Of a stretch of DNA of 64,000 nt, positions 42,571 to 52,074 are shown piece by piece. The DNA is from an uncultured Nitrospinota bacterium (GTDB lineage Bacteria > Tectomicrobia > Entotheonellia > J063 > CAVPRW01). Both the position numbers and the translations under genes were made by a program. The notes below the pieces were generated by a model. The model searched no databases and had not been told where the DNA came from. It saw only the letters and a program-made list of their open reading frames with translations. Every line of letters begins with the position of its first letter. The stretch's first letter is position 1. The stretch is from the NCBI GenBank assembly GCA_963707985.1, contig CAVPRW010000035.1, forward strand, positions 32,001 to 96,000. Direction: 5' to 3'.

Positions 42571-43767
42571 ATGATAGAAGATTCGATCATCAGGCAAATC
42601 TTCGATGGTTGGGCCGCTTCCGAAAACCATCTCTGTGGCGATCACCTCCAGCGTCCATTGCCGAGCTTTCACGATGTCAAGGACGTGTTCGAACAGGTCT
42701 TTCTCGCGAGCCTCAAATGTGAAGAAGGACGGCCCATTCGCTGTTCTTTTGTCTTGGCCTCTCCAAGCGACATCGACGATCCATCGCATCAGTACAACAA
42801 AGACTTTCGTCGGTTTGTGACCCCTCTCCCATTGACCGCCGACTCGATCGCCAAACTCGCGCCCGCCTTCGACCCGCTGCTTTCTTCAATCGCCGTCTGC
42901 CGAGATGCCGCGATGAGAACCCTTCACTGCTGGGGAATCTTCAACTATTCCCCTCCAGTACACCGCTTGAACGAGCCCTCCCCCGCCCCCGTCGAGGAAC
43001 TGTGGTGCCGCCCGGACCTGTTCACGTTGACGACACGCAATCCTGGCTCCATTCAGGTCTCACGCATGAATTCTAACATTGGTTGGTTTACCGATGGCGA
43101 TTTCGTGCCCGCGGTTCCCACGCCCTTTACCTCCAAGTCTCTGGGAAACCATTTGATGGAGCCCTTAAAGTCTACGAGTCTGTGGCAAGAGTACGGCACG
43201 TATTATTGGCAGTGCTATCGCGCGGCGTTAGAAGTGCTGCTGTTCGAGTCGGCCTCACGGGGGCATGGGGCCATTATCATTTTACTGGCGAGTGGAGACA
43301 CCGTGATTCCTGAGCATATCCTCTCGGACGCGTACCACTTAGAAGCCGTGATGCCCTTGCGCACGCACCTGGAGACGATGCTCGAAGCGCAGAGACGCCA
43401 CCACAGCTCCTCTGGCACATTACTCCTTGAACATCTGCAACGGCTGGCTCAGCTGTCAACGGTCGATGGCGCGTTGATCCTCACGCGGGAACTCGAATTA
43501 GTCGCGTTCGGAGCCAAGCTGCACGTCCCGAATAAATGGACAGGCCAGACGTTAGAGGGTCCAGACGGGTCTGGGTATACGAGCGGGAAGCCATTTCCGG
43601 CTCAGCGATACGGTGTGCGTCACAATTCAGCGATGAACTTTGCCGCCCAATGCGAAGGCAGTACTGCCTTCGTCATCTCTCAAGACGGTCCTATACGGGC
43701 ATTCATTCGGTTGAATGACGAGACGGTGCTGTACTGGCCAGATTGCACGGTTTCAATGTTTGTCTAA
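42571..43767 (+). CDS. Diadenylate cyclase (DisA_N/DAC) domain protein with N-terminal putative sensor domain (DACNV-like)
   Basis: LAQLSTVDGALIL, FGAKL, YGVRHNSA, AFVISQDG; N-terminal ASLKCEEGRP and IAKLAPAF patterns. Confidence 0.82.
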   Translation: MIEDSIIRQIFDGWAASENHLCGDHLQRPLPSFHDVKDVFEQVFLASLKCEEGRPIRCSFVLASPSDIDDPSHQYNKDFRRFVTPLPLTADSIAKLAPAFDPLLSSIAVCRDAAMRTLHCWGIFNYSPPVHRLNEPSPAPVEELWCRPDLFTLTTRNPGSIQVSRMNSNIGWFTDGDFVPAVPTPFTSKSLGNHLMEPLKSTSLWQEYGTYYWQCYRAALEVLLFESASRGHGAIIILLASGDTVIPEHILSDAYHLEAVMPLRTHLETMLEAQRRHHSSSGTLLLEHLQRLAQLSTVDGALILTRELELVAFGAKLHVPNKWTGQTLEGPDGSGYTSGKPFPAQRYGVRHNSAMNFAAQCEGSTAFVISQDGPIRAFIRLNDETVLYWPDCTVSMFV

Positions 43768-44150
43768 TAGGGTCTGATCTCGCATGACGACGCTACGAAT
43801 TCCGTTTCAATCTGGTCTTAGGTCGCGTTGCCGTGATGAAGACCCCAGGTCTGACGGGGTCGATGGCGCAAACACTCCCGACGGGCCGTGAGACGCAAGG
43901 CCGGTTGCACAGCGGCTGCTTGAGCCAGACCTGCTGGCTGCAACCTCACATGCGTATAGGCTGGGACATCCGTTATAGTCTCTCTCGATCTCCACGAATC
44001 CGCCTGACTCAGACCATGGTCACAGCTGACACGGATGACACGACTTTTGGGAAACTGTTGAGGAGAGGAGATAGGGGGGACTGTGCCACTCCCTGCAGGG
44101 AGCCATACGAGGCCATATCCGCGTACCACCTCATGGTCGCCGCCACGCGG

Positions 44151-44179
44151 TTGACAGGTCGGGATAGCTGCCTTACAGT
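44151..44179 (+). promoter_or_regulatory. Sigma70 promoter of the glutaredoxin gene
   Basis: TTGACA-17-TACAGT. Confidence 0.55.
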
Positions 44180-44257
44180 TGAGAGAATGCGCCCGTGCAT
44201 CTGAGAGGTGGAGGTTGTTTATTGATACCATGAGCGCCGACGAGAGGAGACCAGGGT

Positions 44258-44503
44258 ATGGTTGAAGTCTATGGGGCTGACTGGTGTGGGGATACGCAGC
44301 GGACGCGCCGACATCTGGACAGCCTGGGGGTCGCGTACCACTATATCAATGTGGAGCAAGACCAGCAGGCGTCCGCATGGGTGAAGCAGCAGAACGACGG
44401 CAAGGAGCGGAAGCCGACGGTCAAGATTGGAGAGCAGGTGTTGGCGGAGCCCAGTGACCCAGAGTTAGAGCATGCACTGCGACAAGAGGGACTGATCCCT
44501 TGA
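44258..44503 (+). CDS. Glutaredoxin/mycoredoxin-like protein (CxxT site)
   Basis: VYGADWCGDT, YINVE, cis-Pro motif KPTV, LAEPS; RBS GAGGAG. Confidence 0.85.
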   Translation: MVEVYGADWCGDTQRTRRHLDSLGVAYHYINVEQDQQASAWVKQQNDGKERKPTVKIGEQVLAEPSDPELEHALRQEGLIP

Positions 44504-45340
44504 GGGTTCCAGAAGAGTCGCAGCATCGAACAGGGTGGGCAGCGCTGGAGCTGTTGCCTTCGCCTTGGACTTTTTCGACGCTTTCTCAGGTTTGGGCGCT
44601 CGTGGTGGCGTGCTGACTCGCCGTGCAACCATCTCCATGTCGAGCCCCTGCCGGTGGATGTCGAAACCGTCATGTCGACGAAGATCGTTCACCCCCACCG
44701 TCAACTGGAACGGGAACGCTTCCGGCAGTCGGAGGAACTGCTGCGCCTCGATCTCGTCGGCGGCAGCTTGCGCCCAGCAGCGCTTCGAGCAACCACAGTT
44801 GGAGCGACGAAGATGCCGTTCGGTGTTTGTTGGTCAGCAGGAAATGTCCCTTCGCTCTTCGTGGACCGCAGGACTTCCCAATCCACCAGGGTCGTGATGA
44901 GCTTCTGGGCCGCTTCCTTGCTGGTGGCCCGGTCGCCCCAGGTCGTCAGCGATCCGGGTCCTGCACCTGGGCGGTGGTGAAATCGTCCTGGAGCGCCAGC
45001 AGCCGACCGACGACCTCGGCAGCATCCCGGAAGAACGGGTACGCCAGGGCCGTCATGCCCCAATGGAGCCAGATGCCGCTCTTGCCCGGTGATACGTGGG
45101 CAAGAGCGCCACGGCCCGATCCCGCAGGGCGACTCGCTTCTGGGGAATGCCGCTCCAGATTCGCAAGACTGATTCCAATCGCCTTAGCCCTAGATTCCTT
45201 GCCGGGCAGGTCTTCTGTCGAGTGCGTGATCGAGGAATTGCCGGAGTTCCGCCTCGTCGGTCGTCTGCACGAGCCGATCCAGCACGGCGTCCAGCCAGAC
45301 CCGCTTGATCTTCTGGGAGAATGCCGACGACCTTCCTCAT
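44500..45340 (-). CDS. brxA: BREX type 3 BrxA-like protein (frameshifted)
   Basis: Last gene of the locus, ATGA-coupled to pglZ; WLHWGMTALAYPFFRDAAEVVGRLL. Assigned by position and pattern; 3' end uncertain. Confidence 0.7.
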
Positions 45341-47305
45341 GCGTCCTCTCTGGTGATCGCCACGAACGGAACCATGACTTCTTCCAGGGCGATGCCGCCG
45401 TGGGCAACAATCTCGTCACCCTCATCGGTGAACGCCTTGAGGTCGCCCGCCAGCAGAACGTGACGGGCCGGAGGCAGGCCGTAGTTCGGCCAGCGCATCG
45501 ATTCGGGGAACTTGGTGGCCACCTCATCACGGAACTCAGGACGGTCGTAGACCCTGACTCGCTTCCCTCTCGTTTCGACCAGGACGCCTTCTCTCGGGAT
45601 TGCCGATGCCCGTCGCCGTGACGTTGCCGTGGTCGGCGGTCAGATAGACGGCGAAGCCCTCATGCATGGAGGCGGGCCAGCAAGCTGTTGCAGATGGCCT
45701 TGCGAAGCCCACAGGCGCACCTGGTTGTGCATCCCTGCGGTCTGCATCTGCATCCCGTGCATGATATCATCGACCTTGTTCCACACGATCCCAAGGATCG
45801 ACAGCCGAGGATTCGCCAGGGCTGTCTCCAGCTTCGGGTCGTCAGGCCCTTCCAGGTTCGTGACCAGTTCGACCCCAGCCCGCTGAACGCCCTGGTCTTC
45901 CCAAAACCGCAGCCAGTGTGCCCTCTCCTTCGAGGTCGTCTCCAAGGAGTCGGGGAAGTACAGCGGCGGCTCGCCGGCGAAGATCGACTGGCGGGTGACG
46001 GAAGTGAGGGTCGGCACCCAGGCAAAGGCCGTCGATTCCTGGAAGCGCCACGCCTTATCGCAGGCTTTCAAGGTTCTTCCGCAGCAAGAGCCACTGATCG
46101 AAGGCCAGGCCGTCCAGCACGAGCAGGGCGATCTTGGCGAGCTTCTTCCGTGTCCGCTCGACGGCCATGAAGCGGGAAATCTGATGGACCATGACCGGCT
46201 GCTGGTGGTACGGCAGATTGTGCAGCGAGCCGTAGCGCTGCATCATCCACTGGCCGAAGGCGTCCTCCGACCTTCGCCTGCAAATCGGCTCCAGGCCGTT
46301 CGGTCGGCGGCGTCCAGCGCCTCGTCCCACTCCCAGCGCAGCACGACCAGTTCCGCCCAGCGTTGGGCCGCTTGCTGCCATTCCCGGTGCGACACGTCGG
46401 CGCTGGGAAGTTCTGTCTCGAACTTCTGTCGCAGATCCTCGAAACCGGCGCAGGGCGTCGGCCTTGGGATCGTGGACCACGCCCGTCCGCACCCAGGCGG
46501 GCAACTTGGCCACGTTCTCCTGTTCGACCGGCGTCAGCGAACCATCGAGGAAGAACGTGTCGATGTAGGCCCGCACGTCCTCGTGGCTGAATGGAACCCG
46601 GCTTTGCTGGCCCTGGTCACTCGAGGGAGGCAAGGAAGCGTTTCCATTCGTCTTGCAGGAACCGCAGAAACTTCTCCCGGCTGGGCAGAATGTCGGCCAG
46701 CGGCCACGTCGCGAACGTGGCGTCTTTCGTCAGGCTCTCCAGCAGGTAGTCGACCAGGAAGTCGGGCAGGCGCACCTTGCGGGAGTGCAGCGACAGCAGC
46801 ACCTTCAGCAGATCGACCGGCGTCTTGATGAGCTTCGGCACGATGCCGAAGCAGTGCATCAGCACGAACGTCTTTGGTTTCCCGCTCGGTCAACTGATCG
46901 CCGTCGTGCTTCTGGTACGCCTCGTCCACGGCGTCCAGGTACGCGCGGTCCAGCCCGGCGATCACCGGGTAGTTCAGCTTCGGGAACAACTGGTGCAGGG
47001 CAAACGTCAGTGGCCGTGCCGGCCTTCAGCAGATCGAACGGCAGCTTGTTCAACTGCTGCTCGGCGGAACGCAGGACCACCACCAAGTCGGTCTTCTGGC
47101 CCTTGTCCCACAGGCTGCGGTACTGCGACTCGTAGGCGAAGCGGAAGGCAATCGCATCATCGAAGGGGATCAGATCGAAGCCACGGTCCCGAATGGCCGA
47201 CAACATCCCTTCCTCGGTGAGCAATCCGTCCGGGTCGGCCACCAAGGTCAGCCGGGAAATCTTCGGCTGGAAGTTCTTCAGGATCGTGTCACGCCAGTTA
47301 GCCAT
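45337..47305 (-). CDS. pglZ: BREX type 3 PglZ alkaline-phosphatase-fold protein (several frameshifts)
   Basis: LVADPDGLL, LLVLDGLAFDQW, PTLTSVTRQSIFAG, KVDDIMHG, LTADHGN, HGGIALEEVMVPF. Confidence 0.9.
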
Positions 47306-50124
47306 TCCCTGCCTCCACCCGCAAGAGAATGACCGGCTGAAGTTCGGGCAGGACGTGCTCCCGCTTGCGCAGTTCGGCTGCCCAGACCCGCTCCTCTTCG
47401 TCCAGCCGCTTGAGACGATGCTGCCGGACTTCGGGCAGGCCGATCCGCTGCAGGGCGTCACGTCGCACCTGGAAGGCGTACTGGCCCTTCTCCTGTTCTC
47501 GCTTCAAGCGCTGCTGGTGCCGGGCGTGAAGTTCGTGGAAAGCGTCCTCGCCCTGGCGTTCGGCTTCGGACCGCAGACGACGGAAGACCGCTTCGACTTC
47601 AGCAGCCGTCTTGGTGCCCACCTGTTCGACTTCGGGTCGGTCTTCCAGCAGGCGTCCCAAATGTGCCGGGCCGTGGGAACAGGATGCGTCCGTCGTCGTG
47701 GTGGAAGATCGGGAATGATCTTCACGTCCCGGAGCGACTGATGGTCGAGGGCGATGCGCCACAGCGACCAGTAGCCGACGACCTCGGCGGGCAAGCTCGC
47801 AAACGCGCACGCAGGGAATCGGCTCGGTGACGACGACACGGGGCAACTGTTGTACGAGGCGACGAATCCGGGCGTCTTCCAGGCTGACGTGCGGCAGCCC
47901 TCGGTCCTGGGCCTCCCGGCTGTGGAACGACACCCGCTCCATCCGGCTGCCATCGGGCCACTCCAGGGTGTAGCTGAACAAGTCCCGCTGCACCTTGCCG
48001 CCTTCGCATCGCAGGTACGCCGTCGCCATCCGTTCGACCCAAAACGGCAACGGGTGGCTGCTCAACTGCTGGGCCAGCGTCGGGTCCAGCACGGTTTCGC
48101 CGTAGTACGACCGCCCGGCGATTTCCTGCTGCGCCTGTTCCCGCACGTCCTGCGATCAGCCGGTCGATGTTCTTCTCGATGTCACCGGGATTGAGGATGG
48201 CCTGGGCGTACAGCTTCTCGAAGATGGCCCCGCTCTCGGCGGAATCCAGCACGTCCTGCGTCTTGTCCACGCCGAACTCATCGAGGATCGTCGCCAGCTT
48301 CTCTTCCAGGACTTCCTGCACCCGCAGTTCCACGCTGTCCTCGAAGATCAGGTTGAACGCCTTCACCGGGAGCTTCTGGCCGATACGGTCCACCCGCCCG
48401 ATGCGCTGCTCGATCCGCATCGGGTTCCAGGGCAGATCGTAGTTGATGACGACGTGGGCGAATTGCAGGTTCAGACCTTCGCCACCGGCGTCGGTCGAGA
48501 CGAGAATCCGGGCCTTCTCGGCGAACTGCCGCTGGACTCGCCGCCGTTCCTCCAGGTCCATCGAGCCGTTGAGGCAGACGACCGAGAAGCCGTGCTGCTC
48601 CAGGAAGTCCCGCAGCATCGTTCTGCGTCGGCGACGAACTCGGTGAAGATCAGGTACTTCAACTCCGGGTTGTTCTCGTCCCGCTGGTTCTCGTACAGGA
48701 TGTCGAGCAGGGTTTCGGCCCGTGCGTCCGGCCCCTGCGCCTGACAGCGCCGGGCCAGATCGAGCAGCAGCTTGCACTTCCTCTTTCTCGTTCTGCAGCC
48801 CCGCCAGCCGGATCGCCAGCAGTTCTTCCAACTGCTCCTGGCTGTCCTGCTCGTCCAGATTGGTTTCGGGCGGTTCCTCGTCGGTGGCCGTGAGGTTGGT
48901 GGCTTGCAGCGCTTCGAGACGGCGCTCCAGCGCCGAGGCAATGGCCTGCGTGCTGCTGGTGACGAGCCGCTGCATCAGGATCATCAGGAAGCCGAGGTAC
49001 TGGCGGTTCTGCCGCATCGCCTGGTTGTAGCCCAGGCGCACGTACTCCGTGACCGATTCGTACAGGTGCTTCTGGAGCTGTGTGCTTCTCTTCCCAGCGG
49101 ACGGGCATGAGCTTGGTCAGCCGGGGCAGAAAGAGCGGATCGCCCCGGTCATTGATGGCCCGCCGCTTCTCCGTGCGGATCACGAAGGGGACGACCTTCT
49201 CCCTGCGGATCGACCCAGCGGCAATGAACTCGTCCCGGTCCAGCAGGGCCATGAGCCGCTGGAAGGCAGTCGGTCTTGCCCTGGTGCGGGGTGGCCGACA
49301 GCAGCAGCAGATACGGGGCGGCTTCGGCCAGGGCTTTGCCGAGGCGGTAGCGGGCGACCTGTTCGGTGCTGCCGCCGAGCCGGTGGGCTTCGTCGCAGAT
49401 AATCAAATCCCAGCCGGCGTCGATCAGGTCGCCGAGGCGTTCCTGGTTGTAGCGCTTCCAGCTTCTCACGGGACCAGCCTCGCCGCCGTTCGACCGGCTT
49501 GATCGAATCGACGGGGCAGACGACCTGATCGAACTGCCGCCAGACGTTCTCGGCGCCGGTGAGATTGCGCCACAACGAGAACTCACTCGGCGTCAGCAGC
49601 CGGAACTCCTCGCCGAAATGGGTCTGCATTTCCTGCACCCACTGCGTCACGAGGCCCTTGGGGGCGACGACCAGTACCCGCTTCACCAGCCCACGCAGCT
49701 TCAGTTCCCGGAAGATCAGCCCGGCTTCGATGGTCTTGCCCAGGCCGACTTCATCGGCCAGCAGGTACCGGATGCGGTCGCCGGTCATCGCACGGGTCAG
49801 GGCGTATAGCTGGTGCGGCAGCGGGATGACGCCTGCTTCGAGCGGGGCCAGCAGCACGTCCTGGGTCAAGGCGTCGGCGATCCGAGCGGCGGCGACGGCG
49901 TAGGTGATGCGGTCGAGGCCGGTCGTCTTCGTCGGTTGAGCGGGAGCCAGCGACTCGGCGGGAACTCGCTCGACCGTGGCCAGCCGGGGAATCCAGACCT
50001 GATAGACGGTGTGGTTCCAGACGGTTTCTACGTCAAGGATGCGCACGGACTCCCCGTGGGCCGCACTGAAGGCCCAGGAGCCGATGGGGAAGGCTGTCAG
50101 GTTGATTGTTGCCGGTTGGGTCAT
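47298..50124 (-). CDS. brxHII: BREX type 3 SNF2-family helicase BrxHII (several frameshifts)
   Basis: LLADEVGLGKTIEAG, DEAH, LSATPHQG, STDAGGEGLNLQ, WNPMRIEQRIGRVDRIGQ. Confidence 0.88.
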
Positions 50125-50312
50125 GAGTGTTCCTGGCCGCCATTGCGCTGGACTGCGCTCGAATTGTCCTCTTCCGCCGTATTCCGCCTTTCCCACGCCA
50201 TGACCACAAAGCCAGGCACCGCTGGCAATTCCGGCAGTGTAGCAAACCACGTCAGGGCCGAGGCATACTCCCGCTGGATGTCAATAAGCACATCAGTATC
50301 GAGGAGATACAC
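50121..50312 (-). pseudogene. Truncated PIN-domain (VapC-like) toxin
   Basis: YLLDTDVLID N-terminus; similarity ends after PGFVVM (about 38 aa versus about 130 expected). Confidence 0.75.
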
Positions 50313-50315
50313 AGG

Positions 50316-50576
50316 CTATTCCTGTACTCGCCTTTCCGCCTTGTGACGGAGTTGACGCGCGTGCGCTGGGCTATCGACGATATCAGGCCGCATCCCAATG
50401 ACCCCCTCGCGTTGCCAATAGGCGACCAGTTCTGCCCCGGTGGTTGGTACGGGACCGACCAGAGACCGCGTAGAGAGGAGACGCAGGACGTACGCAGACA
50501 GCGGCAGGCCTAACTGGGCAGCTTCTGTTGCCAATTCGTTTTCCAATTCTTGTGGTAAGTTAAGTGTGATACTCAT
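50316..50576 (-). CDS. Putative antitoxin (RHH-like)
   Basis: MSITLNLPQELENELATEAAQLGL, directly upstream of the PIN gene. Confidence 0.75.
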   Translation of the reverse strand: MSITLNLPQELENELATEAAQLGLPLSAYVLRLLSTRSLVGPVPTTGAELVAYWQREGVIGMRPDIVDSPAHARQLRHKAERRVQE

Positions 50577-50942
50577 GGACAGTTTCCTTGTCTGACCTCA
50601 GACTGCCATCTCCTGTGCTTACCGCCAATAGGCACTCGCCAAGTGTACGATTCTTTGGTACGTGAGACAACCCAGAGCGCTGGCCTAACGTCACACTATA
50701 ACCCACAATGACTTCCTCATTCTCCGATGAGCAACCAAGCCGTAATCCACTGTCTGACAAGGTCTTGAAGGAGTACCGGGAACCCGGAAGTGTGCATGAG
50801 GAAGCGATGGCTTCCTTATTCTTCCTTTCCCCACGCAATGACCACACTCCGTCAGGTCGTGACCGATGCGAGATGGTGCGGCGTATCCCCCCGCCTGAAT
50901 CCGGACGACGGTGCCTGCCGGCTTATGATCGTCATTGCCTTG

Positions 50943-50976
50943 GACTTCCTCCGACTTCCTTCGGCTTCCTTCGACT
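50943..50976. repeat. Three 10-bp tandem repeats
   Basis: GACTTCCTCC GACTTCCTTC GGCTTCCTTC GACT. Confidence 0.7.
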
Positions 50977-50988
50977 GGTGAACACAGG

Positions 50989-52063
50989 CTAGCCGGACAA
51001 CACTAGCCACCATCGGGAATGAGGCCCGCGTCCGCTGCTGGCGACAAGTCCCACGTTGCGCAGCAAAGTCATGTCATTGCGCACAGCGCGTTCCGAGATG
51101 GACTCGTGCAAATGCTCGAAAACCTCTCGAAAAGGGTGTGGTCTGCCGTCGGCAAGGAATTGAAGGATGCGCCGTTGCCGGTCAGTCAGATCGTGGCTCA
51201 CCCGCAACGGCGGCGCGTATGCACTCGGCAGGAACCGCACCACCACGGCGCCGGCCTGCTCCTCGAACTCGGGTTCCGGCTGACCCGCGGCCACACACCA
51301 GTCCACAATCTTTTGCGTACCTCGGCCCCACTGTTCAATCAGCCCACGCCGGAAGAAAACCTCGGCGATCAACGGGTTGCGGGGGAAGGAAACGTGGTTC
51401 CGCTTCAGGTCGTCCACCGTGATGTCCGCAGGCAACAACCCCGCACTGATGATTTCCAGCCGATCATCGAAAATGGCGACGTTCACCGCTCCACCTGGAA
51501 TCGTGTAATCTCGATGACACAGCGCATTGACGAGTGCTTCCCGCAACGCCAATGGCGGATACAGCAAGGTCCACGTCAGCGACCGTGTACCCCTCGGCCA
51601 CCTGCCGTTCCCACCGCCCCTGGGCGTTCGCCCGTGCCAGGAGCCGGCGTTGGTATTCCGTTTGCGGCATCCGGGAAGTCGTGTTCCCGATCCGCAGGTA
51701 TGGTCTGCCGTCGAACGTGTAGGGGCCGTCCGTGCGAAGCGTCGTTTCCAGTATCAGGACTTCCTTGGTCCCGGACACAGGAATGCGGCTCTGTGCGATC
51801 CATACGGGCGGTTCCAGCTTGCGGATCGCATTGGCCACTTCCTGAAACGTGGCGTCCGTGGTGTCTTGGCCTTGAATCTTGCCCGCATTGGTGACACCGA
51901 AGAGGACTTTGCCGCCCGACCCATTTAGGAAGCCGCAGAGCGTCACCATCCCGCCCTGCAACTCACCGGTGGTCTTCTTGAACTCGACGTGTTCCCACTC
52001 GCCCTTGCTCTCGGCGATCAGGCGTTGCAGTTCGGTCAGTGTCATGATGCCGGGTGCGGTCAT
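50989..52063 (-). pseudogene. Schlafen/AlbA_2 + HATPase_c_4 (RecG-C-like) + wHTH protein with internal deletion
   Basis: GEWEHVEFK...GFLNGSGGKVLFGV joined out of frame near 51570 directly to YPPLALREALVNALCHRDY...RNPLIAEVF; the usual middle region is missing. Confidence 0.8.
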
Positions 52064-52074
52064 GCAGTGCCTTC

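Noticed and set aside
50683..50800. Integron attC site before the antitoxin (GTTAGGC on the minus strand)
   Set aside because: No matching inverse core site or attC-like palindrome was found, and there is no integrase.
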